Of a stretch of 64,000 bases of DNA, positions 23,646 through 36,593 are shown in pieces. A program made the translations under genes and the position numbers. The notes under the pieces are model-generated. The model was not told the origin of the DNA. It saw nothing but the letters and a program-made list of their open reading frames with translations, and searched no databases. Source of the stretch: Chiloscyllium plagiosum (lineage: Eukaryota); assembly GCF_004010195.1 (NCBI RefSeq), contig NC_057719.1, positions 42,610,742 to 42,674,741 of the forward strand. The letters run 5' to 3'. Numbering within the stretch: the stretch's first letter is position 1; the number at the start of each line of letters is the position of its first letter.

Positions 23646-26166
23646 TCTCCCCGATCTTGAAAACAACAAATATTTACATATGCAATACAATGAGACAGTT
23701 ATATGTGACATAAATTAGACAAATGTCATGGGGTGGTGATTAATCAGGATCAGTTCATTTATTAGACAGACCTATAAACTTTCATGCGCCTGAAGTATTT
23801 GTTAGTTGTCACTAGCTATTTTAATACAGATGGTCCTTTTCGCCAGCTATGCATAAATCTCTAATGCAATCACTACTTAAATAAAATTTATTTAAATTAC
23901 TCTATATAATACAAACCATTAATAAATGAAGACTAAAATCTGAACAGTAAGACATTTCATTAAACGGATTTAAGATCAGTTTCAATTTGTTTGGCTAATT
24001 ATTAATTAATATACAAATTAATAAATGATGCCCCCTTATGCAAATATGACCTACAAACAATTAGATTTTACAATTTTAGTAAGTAACATTGAACGAACAT
24101 TGACTAGGTCTACCATTTTTAGCTATGTGAAAATCCATCAAAAGCCTATTATTTAAGTAAGTGCTGTTCTTCTATTGACACATATGGGTCTTGTTTATTT
24201 TTCAATGCAGTTCATCAAAATAGAGGCAGATATCATTTATAGGACATCCTGGGAATTACAAACCAATTGGTCACAGCTGCTTCTGAAATCATTTGTTACC
24301 ATTAGTAATCTAATATGAGAAAAAGGGACTTACTATTGTAATAAATTATCATAATAAAAACAGTTTACAGTATGTGAATTGCCATTCAGGAGACGAGCTA
24401 CGTTACTTTAGAATGGTAAAAGATTGCGACTAATGAAATATTACCAAGACCTTTTACTGTAGCAAAATTTACTTATTACTGTAAATATATGAATTCATGA
24501 CTTGTTTATTTAATTAATGCTGCGATAAGGAAAATATTAGGCGATTCAATTCTTTCATTGTGGTACTTTACATACCAACTTGTAAATTATGATCGCTTTG
24601 AAAAATGAGCAGGTTATAACTTGAAATCTACAAAAGGAAATCTATGTACTTTGATTATTTTTCCATAGTGAAATCATACTGCCTGTCTAAACATTAATTT
24701 TTCAGATGTTCATTGAAACTGTAAATTTCATAAATAGCTTTATAAGGTGTAGTCAGTAATTATATGGCAGAGGTTATATTCTCAAAGTTTAATAGGATAA
24801 TATATTCACAGTTTAATAACACTGTATGACTGATCTGCATCCTGCAGTACCAATTAACATTTGCATTGTGCTGTGAGCTATGCAGTCTCTAAAAGACCTC
24901 AAGAGACTTTGATTTGAATTTTTAAAATTAAAGCCTAACTAAATGCAATGATTGCAATCACTCATTGTTGAGACCTGCCCTGGTTACAGAAACAGGTGGA
25001 GTCTATTCATTTGGAGTTAAAACGTATTCAATATTCAAATATTTTCTAAACATTGTCAGAAAAAGTCATTTTATCACATAAAGCAAATACTGTTGCAATA
25101 TCAAATACTATTTATAATTATATTTGAAAATAATTAAATAAACCAGAATAATTACCAAGAAAACATTAAGCACACGGAATGTGATCAAAATTTGGAACAT
25201 CAGTTGTCTGTATTTATAATGCAGACTGTCTGGAGGCATTACACCTGTGTTAAAAAAAATTTTGGAGTGGAAAATGGTATATGTTCTGTTCCTATAACTG
25301 GTCCAGGCTCAGTATGGCTTCTGGGGTCACACATATCTACGTAATGAGGGACACTGGGCAGTATGAGGAACTCCAGTGTTAAATGAGCAAGAGCAGATCA
25401 GCTGTTCATTACACAACAGAAGGGAACATCAGGCAGGTTGCATAGCAGATGGCAAATCTGCTACAGTCCATTTTGCATCTCGGCAAAATTTGAAATTCCT
25501 TCCAGGATCCAAAGAAAGATTTTGAAAAATATATGCCGTAAATGTTGCACTTTAAAGAATAGTACATTCGTAGACATTTAATGTTAATGAATAAAGTCTT
25601 TGTGTTCTTTTCATAGACACTGAATAAACATAATTTTGGTATTTTGGCTGACGATTGATAAATAGTTGAGACACACCGTGTACAGGACTTGCTGGTCCCA
25701 ACTGCTCAAGTGGAAGTTGAATAGACCTCCTCTTACTGACTATGAATATTGAGTGATAAAGCATGCAGACACAGACAGTATTAAGGTAGTCTCTTTGAAA
25801 CAGAAAGTTGCAATGGACAAACACAACAACAAACTGAGAGAAACCGGAATGCAAAATAGAATGATCAGAAATTATGTGTTTACATCCTGTAATGTTGACA
25901 TATTAATGCAGAGTTTCATTTTGTAAAATGACATGAGGGTAATTTGTATCATTTGAAATAAGTCTGATCACAACCAATGTGTCCCCCTTTAATTTTCTGT
26001 TTACACTTGGCTGCAAACTCTGCTGAGTATTAATTCCTTATCCATAGATATCTCAAAGTTTAGAAGACACTGAACTTTCACAATTATGGAAGCAGTCTGT
26101 TTATTTCAGTACATGACACAAAAGAGAATGCTGCCATGCACATGCGCACACACACACACATCTGAG

Positions 26167-27045
26167 AGAACAAAGAACAAAGAAAATTTACAGCCCAGGA
26201 ACAGCCCCTTCGGCCCTCCAAGCCTGAGCCGATCCAAATCTACTGTCTAAACTTGTTGGTCAATTCCTAAGCATTTGTATCCCTCTGCTCCCCACTTACT
26301 CATGCATTTATCCAGACGCATCTTAAATGAATCTACCGTGCCTGCCTCTACCACCTCTGCTGGCAACGCATTCCAAACGCCCACCACCCTCTGTGTGAAG
26401 TACTTGCCCTGTGTATCCCCCTTAAACCTTCCACCTCTCACCTTGAAAGCGTGACCTCTGGTTATTGAATCCTTCACCCTGGGAAAAGGCTTGTCTCTAT
26501 CCACCCTGTCTATATCCTTCATGATTTTATAAACCTCAATTCAGTACCCCCTCAATCTCCTTTTATCTAATGAAAATAAACTTAACCTACTCAACCTTTC
26601 TTCATAGCTAGCACCTTCCAAACTAGGCAACCTCCTCATAATCCTTCTCTGCACCCTCTCCAAAGTGTCCACATCCTTTTGGTAATGTGGCGACCAGAAC
26701 TGTACACAGTATTCTAAATGTGGCCGAACCAATGTCTTGTACAATGTTAACTTGACTTGCCAGCTCTTATACTCAATACCCCGTCCAATGAAGGCAAGCA
26801 TACTATATGCCATCTTGACCACTCTATCCACCTGTGTAGCGACCTTCAGAGTATAATGGACCTGCACTCCCAGATCTCTCTGCCAATCAACTTTTCCCAA
26901 GGCTCTTCCGTTCATTGTAAAATTCGCTCTAGAATTAGTCTTGCCTAAATGCATCACGTCACATTTGTCTGGATTGAAATCCATCTGCCACTTTTCCGCC
27001 AACTCTCCAGTCTATCTATATCCTCCTGTATTCTCTGACAGTTCC
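26167..27045 (-). mobile_element. 5'-truncated CR1 LINE
   Basis: ORF 26541-27002 (WQMDFNPDKC, RDLGV, LVRPHLEYC); same subfamily as 54692-55996; (gaacaaa)n tail. Confidence 0.92.
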
Positions 27046-27139
27046 TTTCCTTGCACTGAACCATACTGCCTCTTCTTGAAGGTGCCATTTCACCCTCATC
27101 TTTTAATGGCTCCAATATGCCTCTCCTCAAAACCAAGCT

Positions 27140-27480
27140 CTCTTCTCATTGATCCCATTTTTTCTTTTCCCTCATCCTCCCATTCTCCTTCTCCATTCCA
27201 CCCCTGTCATTTTCCCATCACTTGTCCAATTCTATTTCTCCCCTTTTTCCATTCACCCTCTTACAAAATCCCATTCTACCATTCCTCACAACTCCCAATT
27301 TCTTTCTTCTTTCTCACACCCTATTCTAACTCCATTCAATTTATCATTTCTTTCATTCTCTTCACTCAATGGTTGCACTCTCCCTTTCCTCAGACATCTC
27401 ATTCTAAGCCTCCTCTTATACACAGCCACTTCTATCTGCCCTCACACATCCTACACCTGGAATCTTAGATTCCCTTTCCC
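27140..27480. repeat. C/T-rich low-complexity tract
   Basis: Strong pyrimidine bias with ccattc and tttc units. Confidence 0.7.
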
Positions 27481-27878
27481 CCCACAAGAGATCATGCTTT
27501 TAGGGATATGAAAGGATAGTTGAGGGTGCACATGATTGGAAATTTGAGCTTGGAATCACAAGAAACTTTAAAAATCCAATCACTCCCATAGGTCGATTAG
27601 TTACTGGGGAATTCTCCTCAGTCTCTTCCCTTCCTAAAGCCCTTGCTGAAATTCAGCTTGTTCATGGACTCCAAAGATTTTGCTTAACTCCACATTTCCT
27701 GCCCTTCATCCCATGTGCTAGTGAGGGAAGATGCTGCATGCAATAATACGAGAGGTAGACCATTAACCTTGGTAGGTGCAATGGATGCAGAGATAGGGTG
27801 ACAGTGAGATAACAGAGAGAAAGTGGTGGCACTTACCTTTGTAGAGCTCAGAATGTTATTAACCTTCATTCTCCATGG

Positions 27879-28267
27879 AGTGACACGGTGGCTTAGTGGT
27901 TAGCACTGCTACCTCACAGCACCAGGGTCCTGGTGTTCAATTCCAACCTCAATCAACTGTCTGTGTAGACAGTTCTCCCCATATCTGCATAGGTTTTCTC
28001 TGAGTGCTCTGGTTACTCCCACGGTCCGAAGATGCGCATATTAAGTGGATTGGCTCTGCTAAATTGCCTATAGTGTCCAGAAATGTGCAGGAACTGCCCT
28101 TCACGGTTGCATTGTGAAAAGAATTGCCATGGAGAATCATGTGCATAGAATCCCTGCAGTGGGAAATGTGCAGGCTAAGGGTTATAGGGATGGGGGTAGA
28201 GCTGCTCTTTGGATGGTCAGTGGGGACTTGATAGGCCAGTTCCCACTGCAGGGATTCTATGCACATG
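27879..28267 (+). mobile_element. HE1-like SINE containing a templated insertion
   Basis: tRNA-like head acggtggcttagtggttagc; 11-bp TSD attctccatgg at 27868-27878 and 28268-28278. Confidence 0.85.
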
Positions 28268-28317
28268 ATTCTCCATGGCAATTCTTTTCACAATGCAACC
28301 GTGAAGGGCAGTTCCTG
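28088..28317. repeat. Perfect 78-bp inverted repeat (arms 28088-28165 and 28240-28317)
   Basis: Base-by-base reverse-complement identity of the two arms. Confidence 0.95.
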
Positions 28318-28649
28318 GCTGTCAATGATTGACCTGGTGCACAGCTGGTATTTAAATATGGCGTAGGAATAGTGGCAGGTGCTGGGACTGGTCTCCTCCT
28401 ACCATGCACAAGCTAAGTCGAAAGCAGCACTGCAGAGATGTTCATCGATAATGAAGTGAGCTGTGTAAAATGAGATAAATCACTCAAGCCTCCCGAAATT
28501 CCATGAAATTAACATTTAGCTGATTTTTAGTAAAAATTCAACCCAACGCTTCTGATTGTGACAAACAGCAAAACCAGAGGCCATCAGTATAAGACAGCCA
28601 TTATAAAATCAAATAAGGAATTCAGAAGAAACTTACTTTACCTGATAAC

Positions 28650-29385
28650 AGTGCTACATTTTGGAAAGGCAAATCAGAGCAGGACTTTTACACTTAATGG
28701 TAAGGCCCTGGAGAGTGTTGCTGAACAAAGAGACCTTGAAGTGCAGGTTCATAGCTCCTTGAAAGTAGAGTTGGATGTAAATAGGATAGTGAAGAAAGCA
28801 TTTGATATCCTTTCCTTTATTAGTCAGAGTATTGAGTACAGGAGTTGGGAGGTCATGTTGCAGCTGTACAGGACATTGGTTAGGCCACTGTTGGAATATT
28901 GTGTACAATTCTGTTCTCCCTCCTATTGGAAGGGTTTTGTGAAACTTGAACGAGTTCAGAAAAGATTTACAAGGATGTTGTCAGGCTTGGGGGGTTTAAA
29001 GTATAAGGAGAGGCTGAATAGGTGGGGGCGACTTTCCCTGGAACATTGAAAGCTGAGGGGTGACCTTAGAGAGGTTTATAAAATCATGAGGGGCATGGAT
29101 AGGGAAAATAGACCATGTCTTTACCCTGGGGTGGGGGAGTCCAGAATTAGAGGATATAGATTTAAGGTGAGAGGGGGAAAATTTTAAAGGACCTAAGGGG
29201 CAACGTTTTATGCAAAGGGTGGTACATGTATGGAATCTGGATAGGTTTATGACTGGAAAGGGTTTAGGCAGATATGGGCCAAGTGCTGGCAAATGGGACA
29301 AGGTTAGTTTAGGATAGCTGGTCAGCATGGACAAGTTGGATCAATGGGTCTGTTTCCATGCTGCATATCTATATGACTCTATGAC
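28650..29385 (+). mobile_element. 5'-truncated CR1 LINE
   Basis: LHFGKAN..RDLEV..LYRTLVRPLLEYC; tail ctatatgactctatgact. Confidence 0.9.
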
Positions 29386-29389
29386 TACT

Positions 29390-29690
29390 GAAGAGGTTGA
29401 GGCAAATAGTGTGTTATGCTGGTAGCATTTGTTGCTCATCTTGACTATCTCTTGAGGAGGTGGTGGTCTTTTGAACCGTTGTAGTCCATCCCGGTGTGTT
29501 GTTCTGGATAGAGATCTTGGCTTTCGATCCAGTGACAGTGAAGGGGCTGTGGCATAGTTCCAAGTCAGGGTGGTGTATGACTTGGTGGTGGTGTTCTCAT
29601 GTATCTTCTCCCCTTGGCCTTCAAGGTGATAGAGGTCACAGGTTTGGAAGGTGGGAATTAATTTTACAGAACCTCGGGAGTTGAGGCTTG
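29390..29690 (-). mobile_element. Old LINE 3' region
   Basis: Reverse-complement similarity to 57470-57730. Confidence 0.55.
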
Positions 29691-30169
29691 TCAGAAAAAC
29701 CACGGTGATCTGGCTCAGATCAGCTCCCTAACATAGTTCCTCCATTAGACCTTATACTAACCTTGAGACTGGAAGTGGACAGGCTGCTTATCTCAATGAG
29801 GCCAGTAGCCAGTTTCCACAGTACTAGGCCCATTTTATCGAGCCTGTAGCATCTTATTGATGGTGGGGAAGCTTCCTGCAATGCAGGGAGACCACCAGTT
29901 AAATGCGTCCCAATGATAGCCCACAGGTTAGGCCACATGGGTCAAAGAAGAGATCATGAGTAGAGGAGATAGCATCTGTGGTTTTTACAACTGCCCTGGA
30001 ATGGTTTCTGTCCTGGACCCATGAATTTTTAAATCTGTGACCTCATACACCAGCAGCGACCATCTCTCCCAGTGGTAGTGCTGAGATTTCAGAGCTGCCA
30101 CCCAATGATGGACCAGCAAGACCAGGAACTCTTCACTTAATTGGACAATGGGTCCATAAATATGTACAA

Positions 30170-30600
30170 ATGTTCTACATTAGTTCCGTACGGTCTTTGC
30201 AGAGAACATAAAGCAAACAAAACATTGGAATTTGACATTTCTCAGAGCTTAACTACAGTTATAAAAACCAAAGGTATTTCCTACTTATGCAGGAAACTGC
30301 TTATGTTAATACTGACGCACCAAGAGGGTCTGACAACTGAACAGACCCTCAATATACTTTGACTGAAAGACCTTAGATGATATTTTTCCCCATTGCGCCT
30401 TGGCAGCAGCTGCCCCAAGCTTTAAAATGTCCCTCAGCCCACAGTCCTGGAGCTTGAAATGTGTTAGTCTGCAACACTTGGTGGAGGTCGACTCTTTACA
30501 CTGAAAAACCAATAGGTTTTGGGCACACAAGAGCATCTCTCACAAAGTTGATGGTCCTCCAAGCACAGTCGATGTTTGTCTTGGTTTATAAACATGTGGA
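30170..30600 (-). mobile_element. Tx1-clade LINE 3' fragment
   Basis: TNIDCAWRTINFVRDAL..NLLVFQCKE..CCRLTH.KLQD..LRD.LKLGAAAAKAQWGK resembles a Tx1 ORF2 C-terminus. Confidence 0.7.
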
Positions 30601-30638
30601 AACATCTCATGAAATTTCCATGGGCAGTGGTCCCACAG

Positions 30639-30906
30639 GTTTTTTTTTATTTCAAAAGTATACTTTATTCATAAAATGTCTTTGCATACATACATAGTCA
30701 CTAAAGCAGTTCAGTTCTGTACCATAGCATTTGAAGAAACATGACTCTATCCAGCAAACAAATCATTTCTTACTTACATAAGACTTTATTTACATATATT
30801 TGAGGCACTGGGAAGGTCTGATAACTGAACGGACCTCCATTTCACTTCAGCAGAAAGACCTCAGACTGTGGTCTTTCTCTACTGTGCCTTGGCAGCAGCT
30901 GCCCCA
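30639..30906 (-). mobile_element. Second Tx1-clade 3' end
   Basis: Repeats ccttggcagcagctgcccc; minus-strand AATAAA and A-tail at 30639-30670. Confidence 0.7.
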
Positions 30907-31514
30907 TCACAGTGGGCCCAAAGGGAGCCAATTAAAAGGCTGCCTGTGGGTAAATTGCCAACTGCATCCCACTGCAGCAAGTGTGGGCTCAGGGACCTGC
31001 TTTCCCTACAACGTCAAGGATACCATCCAGCTGATAAAATGCGACCTATGTTGTTGAAGCAGGCTTCATGAGGAATGATAGCTGGAGGCCCAACTACACA
31101 TTTCTAGTGCTATGCTCTGTGCTATGATGGTGGGGAATGATATGTGACATATGATTTAGAAATATTCTAGGTAATTCTGTGCCTCAGTTTTAGGAGAAAA
31201 TGCCTCATTCAGTGCAAGTTACTTTACACTGCCTATGTATATTTGCTTAATAAAAATCTTCTCCCAATCAGTAACTAACAAAGTTAGTTTAGGCATAGAC
31301 CATAAAAACCATTTTGCATATTCTCTTTACATTCCACCATTTTACCAACAATCTAACAAAAGTTTTAAAGAACTTTAAATGCATATTCCATTTGAGTTTT
31401 GAAATCACATTCTGAATTAGTGTATCAATTACATAGTTTTCATTTACTGGTCAGAAATATAATTAGCCAAATCTAGAATTCCAGTTGGCTACATATGTCC
31501 TAATGGGTTCATTT

Positions 31515-32930
31515 CATAGTACCATAGTAATAGAAGCAGGAGTAGCCCATTTGGCCCATCGAACTTGCTCTGCCATTCATTAAGAACATGGCTGATCTAT
31601 CCATCATCTCAGCTCCTCCTACTTGCATTATACCCATAGCCCATAATTCCCCTATCATGCAAAAATCCATCGAACTGTGTCTTGAATATATTTAATGAAG
31701 CTGCTTGTACTGCTTCTTTGGGCAGAGAATTCCATGGATTCATTACTCTCTGGGAGAAGCAATTCCTCCTCATCTCTGTCTGAAATCTACTCTCCCTAAT
31801 CTTGAGGCCATGTCCCCTAGTCCTCGTCTCAGCCACCAGTGGACAGACAACTTGTCTACTTCTACCTTTTCATAATTTTATATGTTTCTATAAGATCCCC
31901 TCTCATTCTTCTAAATTCTAGCAAGTACAGTCCCAGGAGGCTTAACCTGTCCTCATAGGGTAACGCCCTCATCTCCAAAATCAACTTGGTAAACTCCTCT
32001 GCACCGCCTCCAAAGCCAGTATATCCTTCCTCAAGTAAGGAGACCAGAACTGCACACAATACTCCAGGTGCCGTTTCACCAACACCTTGTACAATTGCAG
32101 CAGAACCTCCCTGCTCTTAAATTCTATCCTTCTAGCAATAAAAGCCAATATTCCATTTGCATTCCTGATTACCTGTTGCACTTGCAAATCAACTCTTAGC
32201 GATTCATGTACGAGCACTCCTAGGTCCCTCTGCACAATGGCATGCTGCAATCTTTCACCATTTAAATAATGCCTTGACCTACTATTTTTACTTCCAAAGT
32301 GGATAACCTCACATATACAAACATTGTACTCCATCTGCCAGACTCTTGCCCACTCACTTCACCAACTAAATCTTTCTGCAGACCCTCCACATCTTCTGCA
32401 CAGTTTGCCTTTCCACTCAATTTAATGTCATCAGCAAATTTGGATACATTACACTCTGTCCTCTCTTCTAAATCATTTATATATATATATATATCATGAA
32501 TAGTTGCAGACCAAACACCAATCCCTGCAGCACTTCGCTCACCACTGATCTCCAACCAGAGAAACAACCATTTATCCCAACTCTCTGCTTTCTATTGGTT
32601 AACCAATCCTCCATTCATGCTAGAACATTCCCCACAACTCCATGCATTCTTACTTTATGGATGAGTCTTTTAGGCGGCACCTTATCAAACACCTTCTGGA
32701 AATCCAAGTATACAACATCCACCTGTTCCACTCCATCCACTGCGCTTGTTACATCCTCCATGAACTCCAGTAAGTTTGTCAAATATGGTCTTCCCTTCCT
32801 GAATCCATGCTCATTTGCCTGTTAGAACCCTTTCCATCCAGATGTTTCACTATTTCTTCTTTACTAATAGCCTCCAGCATTATCCCAACTACAGATGTTA
32901 AGCTAACCGACCTGTAGTTACCTGCCTTTG
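31515..32930 (-). mobile_element. CR1 LINE RT fragment with internal (TA)n
   Basis: NYRSVSLTS, KFADDIKL, RDLGV, HLEYCVQFW. Confidence 0.9.
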
Positions 32931-33249
32931 ATGCCAATCCAGGCACTTTGGAATCCTGCTCCTCTTCATCCAACTGTTCATCCATGGAAAAGAGTGATGG
33001 TTAAAAAACATGGTCAGCAGTGAGATATAGGGAAGGAAAAGACTCTGGAAAAAAAATTAAATTGTATGTATGTAGTGACTTAGATATACACACAGATTCT
33101 GATGATGCAGGAGTTAAAGTTTATAGCCATGTTAGTCAATTTGTAAAGCCAAAGCATTACACTTTACCCAGCGCATTAGCTGCTCAGTGGGACTAATTTT
33201 AATTGTTTAGTCTTGCTGCTAATATTCCCTTTCTTCTTTATGACAACCA

Positions 33250-33767
33250 TGTCTCAATTAGTAGCCCACTTGCCTCTGAGTCAGATGGTTGTACATTCAA
33301 GTGTCATTTTAGAACCTGAGCTCAAGTTGAGCACATTCTAGGCTACCTTTACCACACGCCACCTTTCAGGTGAGATTTTAAAGTGACACACTATCTGCCC
33401 TCTCAGATGGATATAAATTATTCTATTTTGCAGAACAGTGGTTAATTCATCAATAAAATACTACAAATGCTGGAAATCTGAAATAAAAACATAAAGTGCT
33501 AGAGAAACTCACCAGGAATGGCAGCATCTGTGGAGAAGGTAACAGAGTTAACACTTCGAGTCTGATATGACACTTCTTGAAAAAACAGAGTTAGCATTTT
33601 AAAACACAGATGATCTGGTCATTATCATGGTGTTATGTATAGGAGCTTAGTATGTGCAAATTAGCGACCAGGTTCCTGCTTTACAGCAGTTACTGCACTT
33701 CAAAAGTACTCCATTTGCTGCAAAGTGATTTGGAATAGTGTTTGTGAAATGGCCCATATAAGTGCTA
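33250..33767 (+). mobile_element. Old tRNA-derived SINE, DeuSINE-like, with pLTR unit at ~33460-33590
   Basis: cacttgcctctgagtcagatggttg head; gccacctttcaggtgaga...ctctcagatggatataaa resembles the Deu domain. Confidence 0.5.
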
Positions 33768-33942
33768 AGTGAAAGTGAGGACTGCAGATGCTAGAGATTA
33801 GAGTCCAGAATGTGGTGCTGGAAAAGCACAGCAGGTCAGACAGCATCCGAGGAGCCAGAAAATCGACGTTTTGGGCAAAAGCCCTTCATTCCTGCTCCTC
33901 AGATGCTGCCTGACCTGCTGTGTTTTTCCAGCACAACAATCT
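33768..33942. mobile_element. Fold-back pLTR unit
   Basis: Minus pLTR 33768-33890 joined to plus pLTR part 33889-33942; degenerate TSD tggc(t)ccatataag(t/a)gcta. Confidence 0.75.
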
Positions 33943-34353
33943 TGGCTCCATATAAGAGCTATTCTTTCCTTTTTCCCTTTGTTCTACATATGTTCTCTAG
34001 TTAAGAGGAAAACCTGAAGAACAGGTTTCATTAATGCAAACTAGTAGGTACTTGCTAAAAGCAATAGGTGATGACCTTTCCTGTTATTTTACCTTCTTCC
34101 CTCGGAGAAGTAGTTGGTCTTTACCTATCACTTGTTATTTACGGCATGAGTAAAATAGTGACATGCACTTTGTAAGAACTTTACCTGTGTATTTATATCA
34201 TTTTGGACTATGATCAACAAGCTGTCTATATCACAAGAAAACAAAACAATTGTAGAAGCTAGAAATCTGTAACCAAGACAGAAAATGCTGTAGGAATTTA
34301 GCAGTACTGGCAGCATTAAGTTAAAAGTTAATGTTTTGAGCCCTCTATAAGTT

Positions 34354-34670
34354 CATAGAATCCCCACAATGTGGAATCAGGCCATTCAGCCCAACACTGA
34401 CCCTCCCAGCCAGACCCATTTCCTTACCCTCTTCCTGTAACCATTCATTTTTAATGGGTAATGCACCTAAGCTACACATCCCTGAACACTATGGACAATT
34501 TAGCATGGCCAACCAACCTAACTTGTGCATCTTCAGACTGTGGAAGGGTATCAGGGCACCCAATGAAAACCCACACAGACACCGGGAGTACATGCAAACT
34601 CGACTATCACCCAAGGTTGGAATTGAACCTGGGTCCCTGGCATTGCAAAGCAGCAACGACTGAGCCATAC
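34354..34670 (-). mobile_element. HE1-like SINE
   Basis: Reverse complement of the 3078 family. Confidence 0.8.
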
Positions 34671-34817
34671 CGGATTTGAAACATTACCTTTGCTTCTATC
34701 TTCACAATGCTGAAGACCTGCTGAGTTCTTCCAGCATTCATTTTATTCATTCATAGGGTGAGGGTATTGCTGCCTAGGCTAGCATTTATTGCTAATCCCA
34801 GGTTGCCCAGAGAGCAT

Positions 34818-36078
34818 AGTCATAGTCACAGAGATGTACATCATGGAAACAGACCCTTCGGTCCAACCCGTCTATGCCGACCAGATATCTCAACCCAAAC
34901 TAGTCCCTCCTGCCAGCACCCAGCCCATACCCTTCCAAACCTTTTCTATTCATATACCATCCAAATGCCTCTTAAATGTTGCAATTGTACCAGCCTCCAC
35001 CACTTCCTCTGGCAGCTCATTCCATACACGTACCATTCTCATTGTAAAAATGTTGCCCCTTAGGTCTCTTTTATATCTTTGCCCTCTCACCCTAAACCTA
35101 TGCCCTCTAGTTCTGGACTCCCCGACCCAGGGAAAAGACTTTGTCTATTTACCCTATCCATGCCCCTCATAATTTTGTAAACCTCTATAAGGTCACCTCT
35201 CAGCCTCCAACGCTCCAGGGAAAACAACCCCAGCTTAGAACATAGAACATAGAAAAATACAACGCAGTACAGGCCCTTTGGCCCTCGATGTTGCGCCGAT
35301 CCAAGCCCACCTAACCTACACTAGCCCACTATCCTCCATATGCCTATCCAATGCCCGTTTAAATGCCCATAAAGAGGGAGAGTCCACCACTGCTACTGGC
35401 AGGGCATTCCATGAACTCACGACTCGCTGAGTAAAGAATCTACCCCTAACATCTGTCCTATACCTATCAAGAGACTTGTTCAGCCTCTCCCTATAGCTCA
35501 AATCCTCCAACCCTGGCAACACCTTTGTAAATCTTTTCTGAACTTTTTCAAGTTTCACAACATCTTTCCGATAGGAAGGAGACCAGAATTGCATGCAATA
35601 TTCCAACTGTGGCCTAACTAATGTCCTGTACAGCTGCAACATGACCTCAGAACTCCTGTACTCAATACTCTGACCAATAAAGAAGCATACCAAACGCCTT
35701 CTTCACTATCCTATCTACCTGCAACTCCACTTTCAAGGAGCTATGAACCTGCACTCCAAGGTCTCTTTGTTCAGCAACACTCCCTCGGATCTTACCATTA
35801 AGTGTATAAGTCCTGCTAAGATTTGCTTTTTCAAAATACAGCAACTCACATTTATCTGAATTAAATTCCATCTGCCACTTCTCAGCCCATTGGCCCATCT
35901 AGTCAAGATCCTGTTGTAATCTGAGGTAACCCTCTTCGCTGTCCACTACACCTCCAATTTTGGTGTCATCTGCAAATTTACTAAGTGTACCTCTTATGCT
36001 TGCATCCAAATCATTTATGTAAATGACGAAAAGTAGAGGACCCAGCACAGATCCTTGTGGCACTTCACTGGTCACAGC
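34818..36078 (-). mobile_element. CR1 LINE with a nested CR1 3' end (35237-35468), inserted in an older SINE (34745-36310)
   Basis: CR1 motifs; nested piece starts with a (tagaaca)n tail and matches 39775-40010. Confidence 0.88.
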
Positions 36079-36593
36079 GGGTCTGGAGTCACATGTAGGC
36101 CAGACCAGGTAAGGATGGCAGTTTCCTTCCCTAAAATCTTTCTGACAATTGACAATGGATTCATGGTCATCGTTATTCTCTCAATTCCAGATTTTTATTG
36201 AACTGAAAATCCACCATCTGCCATGGCAGGATTCCAACCCAGATCCCCAGAACATTGCCTGGGTTTCTGGGTTAACAGGCCAGCAAGAATACCATTAGGC
36301 TGTCGCCTCCTTGTGTTTGTTCCATTCTCTACGTTTGTTCTCTATCCCAAGCATTTGTCAATAATTTTAGGCACGCTTCATATACTTTGAACAAAATATT
36401 GTTATGCTCTTTAATAACAAACATTATCTTTCGCTATTCTTTCCCCTTGTCCAACTCCATCATCTATCTGAAAAGCCAGGCAAATATTATGTTTTTTAAA
36501 TGGACAGGCCAACCTTATTGCCTCATAAATCAAGAAACAAACTCTTGAAAATGGAAAAAGCTCTCTGAGTGGCAATTAGTTTTCAAACATAAT

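Noticed and set aside
26941..27511. 175-aa and 120-aa ORFs
   Set aside because: Antisense CR1 sequence plus a pyrimidine-rich low-complexity tract
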